Origin: Cyanobacteria bacterium OTE_58_metabat_593
Lineage (GTDB): Bacteria > Cyanobacteriota > Cyanobacteriia > Cyanobacteriales > Microcoleaceae
DNA: 26,991 nucleotides
NCBI GenBank assembly: GCA_031372825.1
Contig: JANMLZ010000082.1
Span: forward strand, 1-26,991
Direction: 5' to 3'
The first letter of the stretch is position 1, and each line of letters opens with the position of its first letter. The notes beneath the pieces were generated by a model. That model was given only the letters and a program-made list of their open reading frames with translations. It ran no database searches and was not told the DNA's origin. The position numbers and the translations under genes are program-made. This document shows, in pieces, positions 24,637 through 26,991 of the stretch.

Positions 24637-26970
24637 TTATGCTTTGATGAACCTGGTCGATGAGGTCTTATTAGCAAAGGTGTGGCTCTTCGCTAGATCG
24701 GGGTACTCACCGGGTTCGAGTTCGATGTAGGCACCACTACCACTAAAAGTGTCGTAGAGCCTGATCTTGTCTCCTGGGGTGTAGTTTGGTCCAGCAAATA
24801 CCTTCACCGAGGAAGTCAGGTTGTCGTAGGCCGAGTAGGTGCCGAGGTTGTCCACATCCTCAAACACGATCAGCTTCCGACCTCCGTAATTCACTGCCGA
24901 GTAGAGTTCCGCTACTACCGGGATGGGAGTCACCGGCTGGGCTGGTGGCATACCCTGGTTGAACTTGACCGAAGAGATCACGTCCCCGAAGTGGATGGGT
25001 GGATAGTGGATATCCCCATACTCACCAGGCTTGAGCACTAACTGAGTACTGATAAAGTTGGGGTCGCGGTAGAAGCTCACCTCATAGTTGGCCTTCGGGT
25101 CGTAGTTAGGACCGGGACGGATCTTCAACGAGCTAACTGTGTCAGCCATCTGATAAGGAGTTGCCAGGTCGGGGGTGTCCTGGCTCAAAAGCAGACGCCG
25201 ACCCGGATCAGCACCCCAGATCGAGCTCTTGGAGAAGAAATGGTCGTACAACTCCACGATTAAGGGAATGTGGGCGTACTCCATCGACCCTGGGGGAACG
25301 GGTTCAGATCCCGTGCCATCTCCTTTGATGAACCTGGTTGATGATGTCAGATTGCTAAAGGTGTGGCTCTTCGCTAGATCCGGGTACTCACCGGGGGCGA
25401 GATCGATGTACTTGCCACTACCATTGAACGTGTCGTAGAGCCTGATCTTGTCCCCTGGGGTGTAGTTCGGCCCTTTGAATACCTTCACCGAGGAAGTGAG
25501 GTTGTCGTAGGCTGAGTAGGTACCGAGGTTGTCCACATCCTCAAATATAATCAGCTTCCGACCTCCGTAGTTCGGACCGTCGTAAAGTTCTGCCACCACC
25601 GGGATGGTAGTCACCGGTGGGGCTGGTGGTACACCCTGGTTGAACTTGACCGAAGAGATTACGTCCCCAAACAGGATTGGTGGATTGTGGATATCCCCAT
25701 GCTCACCAGGCTTGAGCACTAACTGAGTACTGATAAAGTTGGGGTCGCGGTAGAAGCTCACCTCGTAGTTGGCCTTCGGGTCGTAGTTAGGACCGGGACG
25801 GATCTTCAACGAGCTAACTGTGTTATCCATCTGATAAGGAGTTGCCAGGTCGGGGGTGTTCTGGCTCAAGAGCAGACGCCGACCCGGATCAGCACCCCAG
25901 ATCGAGCTCTTGGAGAAGAAATGGTCGTACAACTCCACGATGATGGGAATATTGGCATACTCCATCGACCCAGAGGTAACTGGTTCAGACCCGCCTACTC
26001 CGGTGAGGAACCTGGTTGATGAGGTCCGACCACCAAAGGTGTGGCTCTTCGCTAGATCCGGGTACTCACCGGGTTCGAGTTCGATGTAGGCACCACTACC
26101 ACTAAAAGTGTCGTAGAGCCTGATCTTGTCTCCTGGGGTGTAGTTTGGTCCTTTGAATACCTTCACTGAGTAAGTGATGTTGTCATAGGCTGAGTAGGTA
26201 GCGAGGTTGTCCACATCCTCAAAGACGATCAGCTTCCTACCCCCGTAGTTCACTGCTGAGTAGAGTTCTGCCACCACCGGGATGGAAGTTATTGGCGGGG
26301 CTGGTGGTACACCCTGGTTGAACTTGACTGAAGAGATCACATCCCCGAACTGGATTGGTGGATAGTGGATATCCTGATACTCACCAGGCTTGAGCACTAA
26401 CTGAGTACTGATAAAGTTGGGGTCGCGGTAGAAGCTCACCTGGTAGTTGGCCTTCGGGTCGAAGTCAGGACCGGGACGGATCTTCAACGAGCTAACTGTG
26501 TTATCCATCTGATAAGGAGTTGCCAGCTCGGGGGTGTCCTGGCTCAAGAGCAGACGCCGACCCGGATCAGCACCCCACACCGAGCTCTTGGAGAAGAAAT
26601 GGTCGTACAACTCCACGATGATGGGAATCTGCCCATAGGGACCTGGCGGTGGTGGTGGTGGGGGGGGAATGATGGCAGGAACTGTGATTTTGACGGTCTT
26701 GCCGCCAACGACTTCTCCATCAGCGACGACATCAAGAGAGCCACTAAACACCTGGGACGAACTGGTACCGGGTACATTACCAAGCCAGGAAACGTCAAAG
26801 CTAACTTGATTGTCTTGGTCTCTGCTGAGTGGGCCATAACCAGCGGTAGGTGCGATCGCCTGCACAAAAGGTGCGGTGGCGCCACTGGCTACCAGACTGA
26901 CGTTCCCGATTACTGCGATCTGTGCTGTCAATTCAGTCACGATCGTATCGATAATCGTATCGACACTCAC
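24637..26970 (-). CDS. Repeat protein with six beta-gamma-crystallin-type domains (3 x [A+B]) behind a unique N-terminal domain and a poly-Pro linker; the N-terminus may lie outside the window
   Basis: Greek-key signatures are present: ELYSAVNYGGRKL (YxxxxYxG), RLYDTF, FYRDPNF and PGEYPDL. Ca-binding-type D/N-N-x-x-S/T-S motifs are DNTVSS and DNLTSS, with related GDVISS and NKTSST. The annotated start is a GTG, and the frame stays open to the window edge at 26991. Confidence 0.8.
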   Translation of the reverse strand: MSVDTIIDTIVTELTAQIAVIGNVSLVASGATAPFVQAIAPTAGYGPLSRDQDNQVSFDVSWLGNVPGTSSSQVFSGSLDVVADGEVVGGKTVKITVPAIIPPPPPPPPGPYGQIPIIVELYDHFFSKSSVWGADPGRRLLLSQDTPELATPYQMDNTVSSLKIRPGPDFDPKANYQVSFYRDPNFISTQLVLKPGEYQDIHYPPIQFGDVISSVKFNQGVPPAPPITSIPVVAELYSAVNYGGRKLIVFEDVDNLATYSAYDNITYSVKVFKGPNYTPGDKIRLYDTFSGSGAYIELEPGEYPDLAKSHTFGGRTSSTRFLTGVGGSEPVTSGSMEYANIPIIVELYDHFFSKSSIWGADPGRRLLLSQNTPDLATPYQMDNTVSSLKIRPGPNYDPKANYEVSFYRDPNFISTQLVLKPGEHGDIHNPPILFGDVISSVKFNQGVPPAPPVTTIPVVAELYDGPNYGGRKLIIFEDVDNLGTYSAYDNLTSSVKVFKGPNYTPGDKIRLYDTFNGSGKYIDLAPGEYPDLAKSHTFSNLTSSTRFIKGDGTGSEPVPPGSMEYAHIPLIVELYDHFFSKSSIWGADPGRRLLLSQDTPDLATPYQMADTVSSLKIRPGPNYDPKANYEVSFYRDPNFISTQLVLKPGEYGDIHYPPIHFGDVISSVKFNQGMPPAQPVTPIPVVAELYSAVNYGGRKLIVFEDVDNLGTYSAYDNLTSSVKVFAGPNYTPGDKIRLYDTFSGSGAYIELEPGEYPDLAKSHTFANKTSSTRFIKA
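24640..26628 (-). repeat. About 2.9 tandem copies of a 681-bp (227-aa) coding repeat
   Basis: The plus-strand shadow ORFs at 25175 and 25856 are near-identical and exactly 681 bp apart, with a third copy near 26537. Nucleotide identity is roughly 90 percent by eye. Confidence 0.85.
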
Positions 26971-26991
26971 ACCTTGGACCAGCTTGCAACC

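Overview
Chromosomal segment of a cyanobacterium. Evidence for that: photosystem II psbD, an SLH/OprB-type porin, and many HIP1 GCGATCGC palindromes. The small dispersed hairpin repeats suggest a filamentous Oscillatoriales-like organism, but this is inference. Housekeeping content: porin, GAF/HD-GYP signalling protein, pterin-4a-carbinolamine dehydratase, a stand-alone psbD, a CbiO/EcfA-like ABC ATPase, ubiD, an NYN-domain protein, and a complete pstSCAB operon with phased Pho boxes. Mobile or degenerate elements: a decayed IS630 copy that truncates a PEP-CTERM gene, a tnpA-less IS605-family TnpB element with intact catalytic motifs, and three MITE-like hairpin repeats. An accessory island lies at about 10.9-17.1 kb between the ABC ATPase and ubiD. 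It holds a ParD-like antitoxin with a ParE stub, DUF4058, an XRE regulator, an AbrB-Doc toxin-antitoxin pair, a HigA-like N-terminal fragment, and a two-ORF NB-ARC/TPR STAND NTPase cassette. The most unusual signal is in that cassette. The upstream coiled-coil ORF ends on a zero-frame A_AAA_AAG heptamer followed 6 nt later by a hairpin. The -1 frame runs without a stop or start codon into the NB-ARC ORF, through its conserved pre-P-loop FVGRDEE segment. The window ends with a roughly 780-aa protein built from three near-identical 681-bp tandem repeats, giving six beta-gamma-crystallin-type domains. No rRNA, tRNA or CRISPR array was found. All family assignments come from motif recognition by eye; no database search was run.
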